Notes under the pieces: model-generated | Seen by the model: the letters and a program-made list of their open reading frames with translations, nothing else | The model's database searches: none | What the model was told of the DNA's origin: nothing | Shown: positions 29,025 to 37,957 of the stretch, piece by piece | How positions within the stretch are numbered: position 1 is the first letter of the stretch | How the letters are laid out: the number at the start of each line of letters is the position of its first letter | Program-made: the position numbers and the translations under genes | Assembly (NCBI GenBank): GCA_025361285.1 | Contig: JANYAP010000090.1 | Coordinates: 8,176-72,175 of the forward strand | Length of the DNA stretch: 64,000 bases | Direction of reading: 5' to 3' | Source of the DNA: Bacteroidales bacterium | GTDB lineage: Bacteria > Bacteroidota > Bacteroidia > Bacteroidales > JAAUTT01

Positions 29025-30521
29025 ATGAAATTTCCAAAGTCGCTTTACAACTGGCTTAGTCTTAGTGGTTTATTCTTAGCAGCCAATAGTTTTGTTTTAA
29101 TTGTTGTTTTGTTTATAATTTCCATTACGCTCGATACCGGAAACTCATACTGGGGTTTGTATATTTACATTGTTTTGCCAATAGTAATGGTTATTGGGTT
29201 AGTTTTTGTTCCAATAGGAATGATTTTCAAAATAAAAAAGTTGAAAACTCAAGAGAAGGTATCGGGGCAGGACTGGCCTATTTTAAACCTGAATAATAAA
29301 AATCACCGAAAATCGCTGGCAATTGTTTCGGTTGTTACACTGGTGTTTGTATTGCTTTCTGCTGGTGGTAGTTATCAGGCATTTCACTATTCCGAGTCGG
29401 TAAATTTTTGCGGTAAACTTTGCCATTCCGTTATGAAACCCGAATATGTAACCTATTTAAATTCGCCACACGCGCGCGTAAAATGTGTTGAATGCCACGT
29501 GGGAGAAGGCGCCGATTGGTACGTAAAATCGAAAATGTCGGGTTTATATCAGGTTTATTCTGTAATTTTTAAGAAATATGCACGCCCAATAGCAACGCCA
29601 TTGCACAACTTACGACCAGCCCGCGAAACCTGTGAAAACTGCCATTGGCCTCAAAAGTTTTACGCGCAAAAACTTCGTAATCAGCGGGGTTACTTAAAGG
29701 ATTCGGCAAACACTGCATGGAATATATCGCTATTGATGAAAATTGGTCCCAGCTTCAGTGCTTACGGACTAAACGAAGGTATTCACTGGCATATTTCCGA
29801 TGATGTAAAAATGGAGTATATCGCATCTTCGAACGACCGGGAATCGATACCTTGGGTACGCTACACTAACATAAAAACGGGTATTGTAAAAATATTTCAA
29901 GACGAAGAAAATAAGTTAACTACTAAAGCCTTCGATACTCTTAAAGTTAAAATAATGGATTGCATGGATTGCCACAATCGTCCTTCGCATTCGTATAAAT
30001 CGGCACCGGCATATCTCGACAATGCATTGCTATCTGGCTCAATTCCACTCGATTTGCCATATATTAAAAAAGCAGCCTTAAAAGTTTTAAAAGAGCAATT
30101 CCCCACAACCGATTCGGCGCGATTGATGATTAGGCAAGGCATTAACGCCTATTATAAGGAGCGATATCCTCAAGTTTTTGCTTCCAAAAAAAATCTTATC
30201 GACAAAGCAATTTCGGGAATTCAACTTGCATATAGCCTTAATAATTTCCCCGAAATGAAAGCTTCGAGCGGAAGCTATTTAAATCATATAGGGCACTTAG
30301 AATCAAATGGTTGTTTCCGATGCCATTCAGGCAAGCACAAAACCGAAAAGGGCGAAACCATTTCCAAAGATTGTAATCTATGCCACACCATTGTATCTCA
30401 AGGTACTACGAAAGATTTGAAATCGGTAGGCGTAAACGAAAATCTCGAATTTATGCATCCTATCGATATTGGCGACGATTGGAAGGAAAATGCATGCTCG
30501 GAATGCCATAGAGATATGTAA
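29025..30521 (+). CDS. Membrane-anchored multihaem c-type cytochrome (NapC/NirT- or c3-like)
   Basis: 498 aa with 2-3 N-terminal TM helices. There are six CXXCH motifs (CVECH, CENCH, CMDCH, CFRCH, CNLCH, CSECH) and one CX3CH (CGKLCH). Confidence 0.85.
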   Translation: MKFPKSLYNWLSLSGLFLAANSFVLIVVLFIISITLDTGNSYWGLYIYIVLPIVMVIGLVFVPIGMIFKIKKLKTQEKVSGQDWPILNLNNKNHRKSLAIVSVVTLVFVLLSAGGSYQAFHYSESVNFCGKLCHSVMKPEYVTYLNSPHARVKCVECHVGEGADWYVKSKMSGLYQVYSVIFKKYARPIATPLHNLRPARETCENCHWPQKFYAQKLRNQRGYLKDSANTAWNISLLMKIGPSFSAYGLNEGIHWHISDDVKMEYIASSNDRESIPWVRYTNIKTGIVKIFQDEENKLTTKAFDTLKVKIMDCMDCHNRPSHSYKSAPAYLDNALLSGSIPLDLPYIKKAALKVLKEQFPTTDSARLMIRQGINAYYKERYPQVFASKKNLIDKAISGIQLAYSLNNFPEMKASSGSYLNHIGHLESNGCFRCHSGKHKTEKGETISKDCNLCHTIVSQGTTKDLKSVGVNENLEFMHPIDIGDDWKENACSECHRDM

Positions 30522-30642
30522 TAGCCAGATTATTAATTATATCACTGAAATAACAAAAAACTCGATTCAGTTCTTGTTAATTTACAAAAAACTTGTAGGT
30601 TTGCAACCTTAATTTTACAATCGAAAACGCAATTATTATATT

Positions 30643-31995
30643 ATGAATGTGATTGTTAACGTTGCAAACACTGCAGCAGAATTTTTTTTACGGTTGCTCT
30701 CAATACAATCAGGAACTGTCGATTTGGCTGAAAAGAAGATCTCTGAAGCCGTGAGTGCAAAAGTACGTTTGTTAGATTTGTTTGAACAATGGCTCGTTAA
30801 CCACGGCGTTGGGGTTGCTTATGCCGATTTTGTTAAACTTTTAATTGTGTTTAGCATAATTGCCATATTGGCCTTTTTTGCCGATTGGGTTTTACGCCGC
30901 ACATTCCTTGCCGTTGTGGCGCAAATAGCCAAGAAAACAGAAACTGTTTTCGACGATATGTTGGTTGACAATAAGGTGTTTCATCGTTTGGCAAATTTGG
31001 CGCCCGCTGTAGTTATTTATTACTCTATTAACTTGCCGTTAGCCGATTCGCCAGCAATTGTGCTTTTTGTTCAAAAAATTTGTAAGCTATATTTGGTAAT
31101 AATGGCACTAATGACGGTAATGGCTTTTATTAAGGCTGTTAACGATATGTACCTTACATTATTAATAGCAAAAACGCGATCGATAAAAGGATATCTTCAA
31201 GTACTAAAAATTATTATCTATATAATTGTTACACTTGTACTTATATCGATATTATGGGGTATAAATATTGGAGGTTTATTTGCTGGATTAGGTGCAATGA
31301 CCGCCGTGCTGATGTTTGTTTTTAAAGATACAATTCTCGGACTTGTAGCATCGATACAACTGTCGGCTAACGACATGCTTCGCCCTGGCGACTGGATTGA
31401 AATGCCTAGCCGTAAAGCCGATGGTATTGTGCAGGATATTTCGTTGACTACAGTGAAAGTGCAAAACTGGGATAAAACGGTAACTACCATTCCTACTTAT
31501 ACTTTGGTGTCCGATTCGTTTACTAACTGGCGCGGAATGGAAGAAGCCGAGGGAAGGCGCATTAAAAAGTCGATATATATCGATATGAAAAGCGTGAGGT
31601 TTTATACCGATAACATACTTGATAAGTTGGCTAAGAATAAGATAATAGCCAAGAATTTCGATGTCCAAAAACATGTAGGCGGGGCTCAAATCGATACAGG
31701 AGCAGCTAAAGATCCTGAACACCGCACACTTACTAACCTTGGCATTTTTAGAGCATATTTGGAGTCGTATTTGAAGAATATACCTGTTATTCATGACAAT
31801 ATGACATTGTTGGTGCATTACCTTCAGCCAAACGAAAATGGTTTGCCATTAGAGTTGATTGCATTCTCAAAAGAAAAGGCTGGCAAGCCCTTCGAAATGT
31901 TACAAAGCGACATTTACGACCATATTCTTGCTATTTTACCCGAATTTGAAATAAGTGTATTTCAGCGCCCTACTAGCTACGATTTTCAACGATAA
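30643..31995 (+). CDS. Mechanosensitive ion channel (MscS family)
   Basis: 450 aa with several TM helices, then the MscS beta-domain block 'GDWIEMPSRKADGIVQDISLTTVKVQNWDKTVTTIPTYTL'. Confidence 0.88.
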   Translation: MNVIVNVANTAAEFFLRLLSIQSGTVDLAEKKISEAVSAKVRLLDLFEQWLVNHGVGVAYADFVKLLIVFSIIAILAFFADWVLRRTFLAVVAQIAKKTETVFDDMLVDNKVFHRLANLAPAVVIYYSINLPLADSPAIVLFVQKICKLYLVIMALMTVMAFIKAVNDMYLTLLIAKTRSIKGYLQVLKIIIYIIVTLVLISILWGINIGGLFAGLGAMTAVLMFVFKDTILGLVASIQLSANDMLRPGDWIEMPSRKADGIVQDISLTTVKVQNWDKTVTTIPTYTLVSDSFTNWRGMEEAEGRRIKKSIYIDMKSVRFYTDNILDKLAKNKIIAKNFDVQKHVGGAQIDTGAAKDPEHRTLTNLGIFRAYLESYLKNIPVIHDNMTLLVHYLQPNENGLPLELIAFSKEKAGKPFEMLQSDIYDHILAILPEFEISVFQRPTSYDFQR

Positions 31996-32013
31996 GTTGT
32001 ATTATTGCATAAT

Positions 32014-32058
32014 GCAAAGAGCGCAAGGGAATTAACCTTTGCGCTCTTTGCGTTTTTA
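32014..32058 (+). terminator. Intrinsic terminator (16-bp stem, aattaa loop, T-run) between convergent mscS and asnB
   Basis: 'gcaaagagcgcaaggg-aattaa-cctttgcgctctttgc' is followed by 'gttttta'. Confidence 0.85.
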
Positions 32059-32072
32059 TAAAGACACACCAA

Positions 32073-33671
32073 TTACTTGGTAACTGCCTGTGCATGAATA
32101 TTATTTGCACGTCCCGAAGGGTCGGTGTTTGTCTGCCACTTCGGAATCCATTTTACTACTGTTTCGATAGCCGATTTTTGAGGAAAATGCTTTTCGAAAA
32201 TTGCACGGAAATAAAACGCTTCCTTTGTAGCTGGCGTATTGTGAGGATATAATTCGGCAGCCATAGCAAATTGGGTATCAGAAACTTGTGCGTTGCAATG
32301 GGCAACAATTTGGTCAATCCAGTTATAACCAACGCCATCGCTAAATTGCTCTTTTTGGCGCCACAATATCGAATCGGGCAAGTACGGGTCGTTTTTATCG
32401 TCGAACGCTTTGCGCACAATATATTTCTCCATTCTACCTTCCAAGCGTTTAGGCATGCGGTCTTCGGGACAAATGGTCATTGCAACGTCTAACAAATTAC
32501 GGTCCAAAAATGGAACACGAGCTTCTATACCGAACGCCATAGTCGATTTGTCGGCACGCAAGCAATCGGCTGTTGACAAAAGGTTTACGCGGCGAACGGT
32601 TTCGGCGGCAAATTCCTCGGCCGATGGAGCATTATGAAAATACAGGTATCCGCCAAATACCTCGTCGGCACCTTCGCCCGAAAGCACAACTTTAATACCC
32701 ATATTCGAAATATATTTCGACAGAAAATACATGGGAGTGCTTGCGCGAATGGTAGTTACATCGTAGCTCTCGATATGCCAAATAATTTTTTCAAGCTCCT
32801 TAATTCCCTCTTCAACCGAAAAATATACTTCGTGATGCGTTGTTCCAATAAATTTTGCTACTTCGCGAGCTGCCTTCACATCGGGCGCATCGGCCGAAAG
32901 ACCCACCGAAAATGAATGTAACTCCTGATTGGTACCTCGAAGCAATCGTTTTGTTATTGACGAAATTAAACTCGAATCTAAACCTCCCGAAAGAAGCACA
33001 GCCAAAGGCACATCGCTCATTAAACGAACTTTAGTGGCATCTATTAATGCATCTCGTAGCTTATTTAAATCTACTGGGTTAGTGGCTACTTTATAATCGT
33101 GCCATTCTGGTTTGTAGTAACTTACCAAACCAGTTTCGGGAGTATAGTAATGACCTGGAGGAAAAGCTTCAAATTCAGTACATTGGTCGGTTATCGATTT
33201 CATTTCCGACGAAAAGTACATGTTTCCTTCGGCATCTTTGCCGTAATACAAGGGTTTAATGCCTATGGGATCGCGACCTACCATGTATTTTTCGTTATCG
33301 TCGTCGATAAGAACGAACGAAAAAATACCACGAAGTTTATTGCAAAAATCGAGACCAAATTCTTCGTAAAGGTGTACTATTACTTCGCTATCGCAGGTTG
33401 TGCGAAACGTATGGTTTTTAAGAATTCCATTGCGTAGTTCCACATGGTTATATATTTCGCCATTGTGCATTACATACGCATTTTTCGATCCTTGTATGGG
33501 CTGACGACCAGTTGTAAGGTCGATAATCGATAATCGTTCGTGGCAAAGTACTCTTCCTGAAGGACTAACATGAACGCCCCGCTCGTCGGGTCCACGATGA
33601 CTCATTCGAGAAGATAATTTTTGCACCTCTTCGGGGGCTCTATTTCCTATTACTGCTAAAATTCCACACAT
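32073..33671 (-). CDS. asnB: Asparagine synthase (glutamine-hydrolysing)
   Basis: 532 aa. N-terminal 'MCGI' Ntn nucleophile and 'SGGLDSS' PP-loop. Confidence 0.93.
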   Translation of the reverse strand: MCGILAVIGNRAPEEVQKLSSRMSHRGPDERGVHVSPSGRVLCHERLSIIDLTTGRQPIQGSKNAYVMHNGEIYNHVELRNGILKNHTFRTTCDSEVIVHLYEEFGLDFCNKLRGIFSFVLIDDDNEKYMVGRDPIGIKPLYYGKDAEGNMYFSSEMKSITDQCTEFEAFPPGHYYTPETGLVSYYKPEWHDYKVATNPVDLNKLRDALIDATKVRLMSDVPLAVLLSGGLDSSLISSITKRLLRGTNQELHSFSVGLSADAPDVKAAREVAKFIGTTHHEVYFSVEEGIKELEKIIWHIESYDVTTIRASTPMYFLSKYISNMGIKVVLSGEGADEVFGGYLYFHNAPSAEEFAAETVRRVNLLSTADCLRADKSTMAFGIEARVPFLDRNLLDVAMTICPEDRMPKRLEGRMEKYIVRKAFDDKNDPYLPDSILWRQKEQFSDGVGYNWIDQIVAHCNAQVSDTQFAMAAELYPHNTPATKEAFYFRAIFEKHFPQKSAIETVVKWIPKWQTNTDPSGRANNIHAQAVTK

Positions 33672-33992
33672 ACATTAATTTTTTAAGGGGGTGATTTATT
33701 AAACACATCATATTTATAATACAGAAGCAAATAAAAAGAGGGTATTTAAATATATCAATAAAACTATCAATATTCTTAAAATTTTAAACCCAATTCGACA
33801 ATTATCTTATAAATAAAAATAATTATTGACATTATGCTTGATATTTGTAATCTAAACCTCTGCAAAAATATATTTATGATTTGATTTTGCAAAGAAAAAA
33901 CAAAAAAATATTACAAACAGTTGAAAATATTTAGTTTTTTAAGTAAAATTGAGCTTAATCTTTATAATTTTGATTTTATAATTTAAAAAAAC

Positions 33993-34457
33993 ATGGATAA
34001 CTTTCAAATTGATAGTTTAGATAGGAAAATACTAGCAATTATTAAAAACAATGCTCGTACTCCGTTTTTAGAAGTAGGAAGGGCCTGTGATGTGTCGGGA
34101 GCCGCTGTTCATCAGCGTGTTCATAAGTTAATGAACGAGGGCGTAATTATGCGCGCCGAATTTATTCTCGATCCGCAGAAAGTGGGATACCATACCTGTG
34201 CGTACATTGGGGTGTTTCTCGAAAAGGCTAGTTTGTATAAGGATGTGGCAAAGCAGCTTGAGCTAATTCCCGAAATAGTTGAGTGCCATTATACTACAGG
34301 CAATTATTCGTTATTTATAAAGATATACGCAAAAAACAACGAGCATTTGCGCAATATATTAACCGATCAACTTCAGTCGATTGCTGGCATTTCGCGCACC
34401 GAAACTTTTATTTCGCTCGAGGAAAGTTTTAAAAGACAATTGCCGGTTGAAAAATAG
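33993..34457 (+). CDS. Lrp/AsnC-family transcriptional regulator
   Basis: 154 aa. N-terminal HTH 'LDRKILAIIKNNARTPFLEVGRACDVSGAAVHQRVHKL' and a C-terminal RAM-like domain. It is divergent from asnB. Confidence 0.9.
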   Translation: MDNFQIDSLDRKILAIIKNNARTPFLEVGRACDVSGAAVHQRVHKLMNEGVIMRAEFILDPQKVGYHTCAYIGVFLEKASLYKDVAKQLELIPEIVECHYTTGNYSLFIKIYAKNNEHLRNILTDQLQSIAGISRTETFISLEESFKRQLPVEK

Positions 34458-34513
34458 TGGTTAGTACTGAGTATCTAGTAAATAGTATTTAGTACTTGGT
34501 ACTATGTACTCTG
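34458..34513. repeat. Degenerate (a/g)gtact word array starting directly after the lrp stop
   Basis: 'tggttagtactgagtatctagtaaatagtatttagtacttggtactatgtactctg'. Confidence 0.7.
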
Positions 34514-34531
34514 TTGAAAGAAGGCATACAA

Positions 34532-34591
34532 ATGCAACTATATATTAGCACTCATACCGAGTATGATAGGATTGATGCAAATTTTATTTAA
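34532..34591 (+). pseudogene. higB: 3' remnant of a HigB-family toxin gene
   Basis: It translates to 'MQLYISTHTEYDRIDANFI*'. This matches the remembered HigB C-terminal consensus '...IRFIGTHAEYDKIDAxTI*'. The upstream ~80 codons are missing. Confidence 0.6.
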
Positions 34592-34602
34592 CATATACTA
34601 AA

Positions 34603-34874
34603 ATGGAAATATCGCCAATAAGGAATAAAACAGATTATTGTAATGCATTAAAAAGATTAGAAATCATTTTTGATGCAAAAAATGGCACTTTGGAGAGTGA
34701 TGAGGCAGATTTACTAGGCTTGTTGATTGACGATTACGAGAAAAAATATTACCCAATTGAAGCGCCTGACCCAATTGAAGCCATTAACTAACGGTTGTTA
34801 TGATTCGAAATTTAGCAACTAAATTGAATCTTTCGCCTGGTTTATTGATACATGATTATCAACTTACAAGATAA
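34603..34874 (+). pseudogene. higA: HigA-family antitoxin gene with the HTH core deleted
   Basis: The 62-aa ORF 'MEISPIRNKTDY..DDYEKKYYPIEAPDPIEAIN*' is the N-terminal module. A different frame then reads 'MIRNLATKLNLSPGLLIHDYQLTR*', which matches the usual C-terminus. The ~35-40 codons of HTH between them are absent. Confidence 0.6.
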
Positions 34875-35046
34875 AAAACTACGTTTGGCTAGCTAGCAAT
34901 GGCTATAAATCATAACGGTTTCATCGCAGATTGCATGTTTTCGGCTCACGCCTCACAAGCGCAGAATATTAAAAGGAAACATCTTCGTTCAACCATCCAA
35001 AGCTTTCTGCCCAATTATTGGGGTCGTCAAATTATTACAAACCAAG

Positions 35047-35120
35047 TGATTCCGACGCGATTCGAACGCGTGACCCACAGCTTAGAAGGCTGTTGCTCTA
35101 TCCAACTGAGCTACGGAACC
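35047..35120 (-). tRNA. tRNA-Arg (anticodon TCT)
   Basis: Reverse complement is GGTTCCGTAGCTCAGTTGGATAGAGCAACAGCCTTCTAAGCTGTGGGTCACGCGTTCGAATCGCGTCGGAATCA. It has a 7-bp acceptor stem, D arm GCTC/GAGC, anticodon loop CT-TCT-AA, and T loop TTCGAAT. No CCA is encoded. Confidence 0.93.
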
Positions 35121-35132
35121 ATAAATCGGGTG

Positions 35133-35140
35133 CAAATTTA
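35133..35140 (-). promoter_or_regulatory. Candidate -7 box (TAAATTTG on the minus strand) for the tRNA-Arg gene
   Basis: Perfect TAnnTTTG match, 13-20 nt upstream of the tRNA 5' end. Confidence 0.4.
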
Positions 35141-35288
35141 TAAAAAAAATGCATTGTATATCAGGTTTCAGAAAATATTTACCAATTCGTACTTGCTAGC
35201 TCTACATAATTAATTCAATTGGCTTACAATTAATGGTTTGCAGTTCTATTTGGTTGTTTTCGAAAGCGAAAATGCCTTCCCTTTTCTT

Positions 35289-36134
35289 TCAATTTCCAAG
35301 GCTTTTCCTGTAAATTTTAACGGATCCTTCAATAGGCTCGAACCCAACGTTTATATTGGAATCGAGAACATTTTCCTTTGTTCCTAAGCACAAAAAACCT
35401 CCATTTATTAAACTTTCGGCGAAAAGGTTTAGTACATTGGCTTTTAGGGTTTGATTGAAGTAAATGAGTACGTTACGACAAATAATTATGTTCATTTCGC
35501 AAAGAATACCATCGGAAACTAAATTGTGATTGGAAAAAACTACGTTGGTAATTAGCGATTTATTGAAAATAGCGACTTTCGAATCGGTGTGGTAATAGTC
35601 GGAAAACACCTGTGCGCCACCTGCTTTTTTATAGTTTTCGGTATATGTACCCACTTTATCGATAGGGAAGATGCCATCCTCTGCAGTTTTTAGTGCATAA
35701 CTATTGAAGTCGGTGGCGTAAAATTGTGTTTTGTCGTACAATCCTGCTTCTTTAAAAAGAATGCCCATAGAATACACTTCTTCTCCTGTGGCACAACCAG
35801 CATGCCAAACCTTAATTGAAGGATACGTTATAAGCCTAGGCAATAATATATTACGAAAATAAAGGTAAAATTCTGGATCGCGGAACATTTCGGTAACGTT
35901 GATAGATAGGTCTTTCAGTAAATTATTGAAGTATAACGTATTATATAAAACTTTCTGCTGAACCTGAGCTATCGACGTTAACCCATCCATTATCATACGT
36001 TGCTTTATTCTCCTTCGAAAATGCGAATGTCGATAGTTTCGAAAATCATAACCATATTTTCCGAATATTGTTTCCTGCAAAAGTTTTAATTCAGCTAGTT
36101 CACTACTGTTTTGCTCATCGTTAATATTGCTCAT
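35289..36134 (-). CDS. cheR: CheR-type protein-glutamate O-methyltransferase
   Basis: 281 aa. 'TEMFRDPEFY' and 'IKVWHAGCATGEEVYSM' SAM-binding blocks. Confidence 0.88.
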   Translation of the reverse strand: MSNINDEQNSSELAELKLLQETIFGKYGYDFRNYRHSHFRRRIKQRMIMDGLTSIAQVQQKVLYNTLYFNNLLKDLSINVTEMFRDPEFYLYFRNILLPRLITYPSIKVWHAGCATGEEVYSMGILFKEAGLYDKTQFYATDFNSYALKTAEDGIFPIDKVGTYTENYKKAGGAQVFSDYYHTDSKVAIFNKSLITNVVFSNHNLVSDGILCEMNIIICRNVLIYFNQTLKANVLNLFAESLINGGFLCLGTKENVLDSNINVGFEPIEGSVKIYRKSLGN

Positions 36135-36141
36135 TTATACG

Positions 36142-36612
36142 CTAATTGCTAATATTTAGAAACTTAACTAATGTGGTACGCAGTAATTCGAGGTTTATAG
36201 GTTTCGACAGATACTCGTCGAAGCCAGCGCCAAGTATCTGCATTTTCTCGCTTGCTAAAACGTATGCGGTTTGTGCTATTACTGGCACATTTCGTATTTT
36301 TTTTATTGCCTCTAATGCCTCGTATCCATTCATTACTGGCATTTTTATATCCATAAGTACGAGTTTTATTTCTGGATATTTTTCGAATAAATCGAGTGCT
36401 TCCTTGCCATTTTTTCCCCAATATATTGTAAAGTTGAAACTTCGTAACGCTTCCTTTATGAAATAGTAATTTATTTCTTCGTCCTCTGCAATCAAAATCT
36501 GCATTTTATCGGACTTAACAAGCTCTATTTTATTACTTTCCAGAAATCTTTCAAAAGCTATCAGGTTTTCAACCTTATCGTCTTCAATTAAAATTTTTAC
36601 TTTTTCGGACAT
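36142..36612 (-). CDS. Single-domain response regulator (receiver) with an extra N-terminal receiver-like fragment
   Basis: 156 aa. The complete receiver runs from 'MQILIAEDEE' to 'LVLMDIKMPVMNG' and 'YLSKP'. It is preceded by 'KVKILIEDDKVENLIAFERFLESNKIELV', which looks like a second beta1-alpha1-beta2 start. Confidence 0.8.
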   Translation of the reverse strand: MSEKVKILIEDDKVENLIAFERFLESNKIELVKSDKMQILIAEDEEINYYFIKEALRSFNFTIYWGKNGKEALDLFEKYPEIKLVLMDIKMPVMNGYEALEAIKKIRNVPVIAQTAYVLASEKMQILGAGFDEYLSKPINLELLRTTLVKFLNISN

Positions 36613-36915
36613 GTTGTGAAAATTTTAATATAGCCACACTCTTCTTAAACATAATTATTTACGATAAAATTGGGCTTTGCAAATATTCGCTAGCGCCTTG
36701 CGAAATGTAATTGAAAAATATAAGCGAAACAGTTATTGTATATATTGCCTATATTATTAATAATCAATATAATGTATTCAATTTTCAAATACTATCAAAT
36801 TTAACTTATTTTATTGTAAAGTGCAATTTTTATCTGGTGAACAAGCGCACCTTACTCTGATGATTGATATCATCGAAGAAAATTTATACAATCGTTTAAC
36901 CATTTTGAAATAAAT

Positions 36916-37575
36916 ATGTTTAATTTAAAAATAATTATGGCTAATATTAGACATATTCGAAAAGATTACACACTTAAAGTATTGATTGAGAAAGAAATAT
37001 CGCCAAATCCTCTCCTTCAGTTTTCGGAGTGGCTTAACGAAGCCATTTTAGCCGAAGTGTTGGAGCCAACGGCCATGGCGCTATCTACAGTTTCCTCCGA
37101 AGGGAGACCATCGTCGCGAATAGTATTGTTGAAACATGCTACAATTGAAGGATTCGATTTTTTTACAAACCAACAAAGCAAAAAGGGTAAGCATCTGCAA
37201 AACAATTCGTTTGCATCACTACTGTTTTTCTGGCCCGAACTGGAAAGGCAGGTGCGAATAGAGGGAAAAGTACAAATGCTATCGAACGAAGAATCGGATA
37301 ACTATTTCGATATCAGACCAGAGATGAGTAAAATAGGGGCGTGGGCATCGCCGCAAAGTTCAATTATACCCAACCGAAAAACCTTAGAGGACTGGTTTAA
37401 AGAATTTGAAGAAATATACCACAATAAGCCAATAAAACGACCACCTCATTGGGGAGGGTATCGACTAGTACCCGAATTAATTGAGTTTTGGCAAGGTCGC
37501 GTAAACCGCCTTCACGATCGTATTGAGTACACACTCCACAATGGCGCATGGCAATTACATAGGCTTGCACCATAG
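36916..37575 (+). CDS. pdxH: Pyridoxamine 5'-phosphate oxidase
   Basis: 219 aa. 'EFWQGR..RLHDRI.Y' and the C-terminal 'RLAP'. The start may be the Met at 36937. Confidence 0.92.
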   Translation: MFNLKIIMANIRHIRKDYTLKVLIEKEISPNPLLQFSEWLNEAILAEVLEPTAMALSTVSSEGRPSSRIVLLKHATIEGFDFFTNQQSKKGKHLQNNSFASLLFFWPELERQVRIEGKVQMLSNEESDNYFDIRPEMSKIGAWASPQSSIIPNRKTLEDWFKEFEEIYHNKPIKRPPHWGGYRLVPELIEFWQGRVNRLHDRIEYTLHNGAWQLHRLAP

Positions 37576-37580
37576 CGCGC

Positions 37581-37654
37581 TAATAACTAATAACTAATGT
37601 CTTACGCTAATGTTTTACGACTTACGACTAATATCTTACGACTACTATCTTACC
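37581..37654. repeat. Word array (taataact x2, then cttacgac(t) variants) beginning 6 nt after the pdxH stop
   Basis: 'taataactaataactaatgtcttacgctaatgttttacgacttacgactaatatcttacgactactatcttacc'. Confidence 0.75.
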
Positions 37655-37832
37655 TCTTCGACCTTGGCTTTATTCTTTCGCGCTCTTGGTATTTTCCAGT
37701 ATTACGCGGTACTTCCGATTTTTTGGGCATCATTAAATTGCGGCGCTCCGACACATCGCGCGACGAACTGCAACTATAAGATATTGATAATAAGAACAAT
37801 GCAATCACCGATAATAATGTATATTTTCTCAT
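37650..37832 (-). CDS. Small basic lipoprotein (60 aa), hypothetical
   Basis: Signal peptide 'MRKYTLLSVIALFLLSISYSC' with a lipobox Cys, followed by a Lys/Arg-rich tail. Confidence 0.5.
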   Translation of the reverse strand: MRKYTLLSVIALFLLSISYSCSSSRDVSERRNLMMPKKSEVPRNTGKYQERERIKPRSKR

Positions 37833-37957
37833 AACTATAAGGTTTTAAAACCGTTTACGGTAATTGTAAGTTTTTGATTCGTTGTTAGATATAATATATT
37901 TTACTAATATTTGTGCAAAAACGCTTCGATAACCTTCAATCAAAAATAGACAATATC

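Noticed and set aside
31288-31818. 176-aa antisense ORF inside mscS, and similar long shadow ORFs (1774..2184, 18448..18861, 23444..23773, 55354..55773, 12845..13234, 36146..36466)
   Set aside because: Each lies entirely within, and antisense to, a gene with strong family motifs. Their products are low-complexity or Cys/Arg-rich, which is typical of shadow frames.
34899-35213. 104-aa ORF in the track
   Set aside because: It runs straight across the tRNA-Arg gene on the opposite strand and its product is not protein-like. It is an artefact of the tRNA region.
34458-35288. An intact integrated element or prophage at tRNA-Arg
   Set aside because: No integrase was found and I could find no direct repeat of the tRNA 3' end. 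Only ~0.6 kb lies between lrp and the tRNA, so only the higBA relic remains.
35289-36612. A chemotaxis operon
   Set aside because: Only cheR and one receiver are present. No cheA, cheW, cheB or MCP gene is in the window, so no chemosensory system can be claimed from this sequence.
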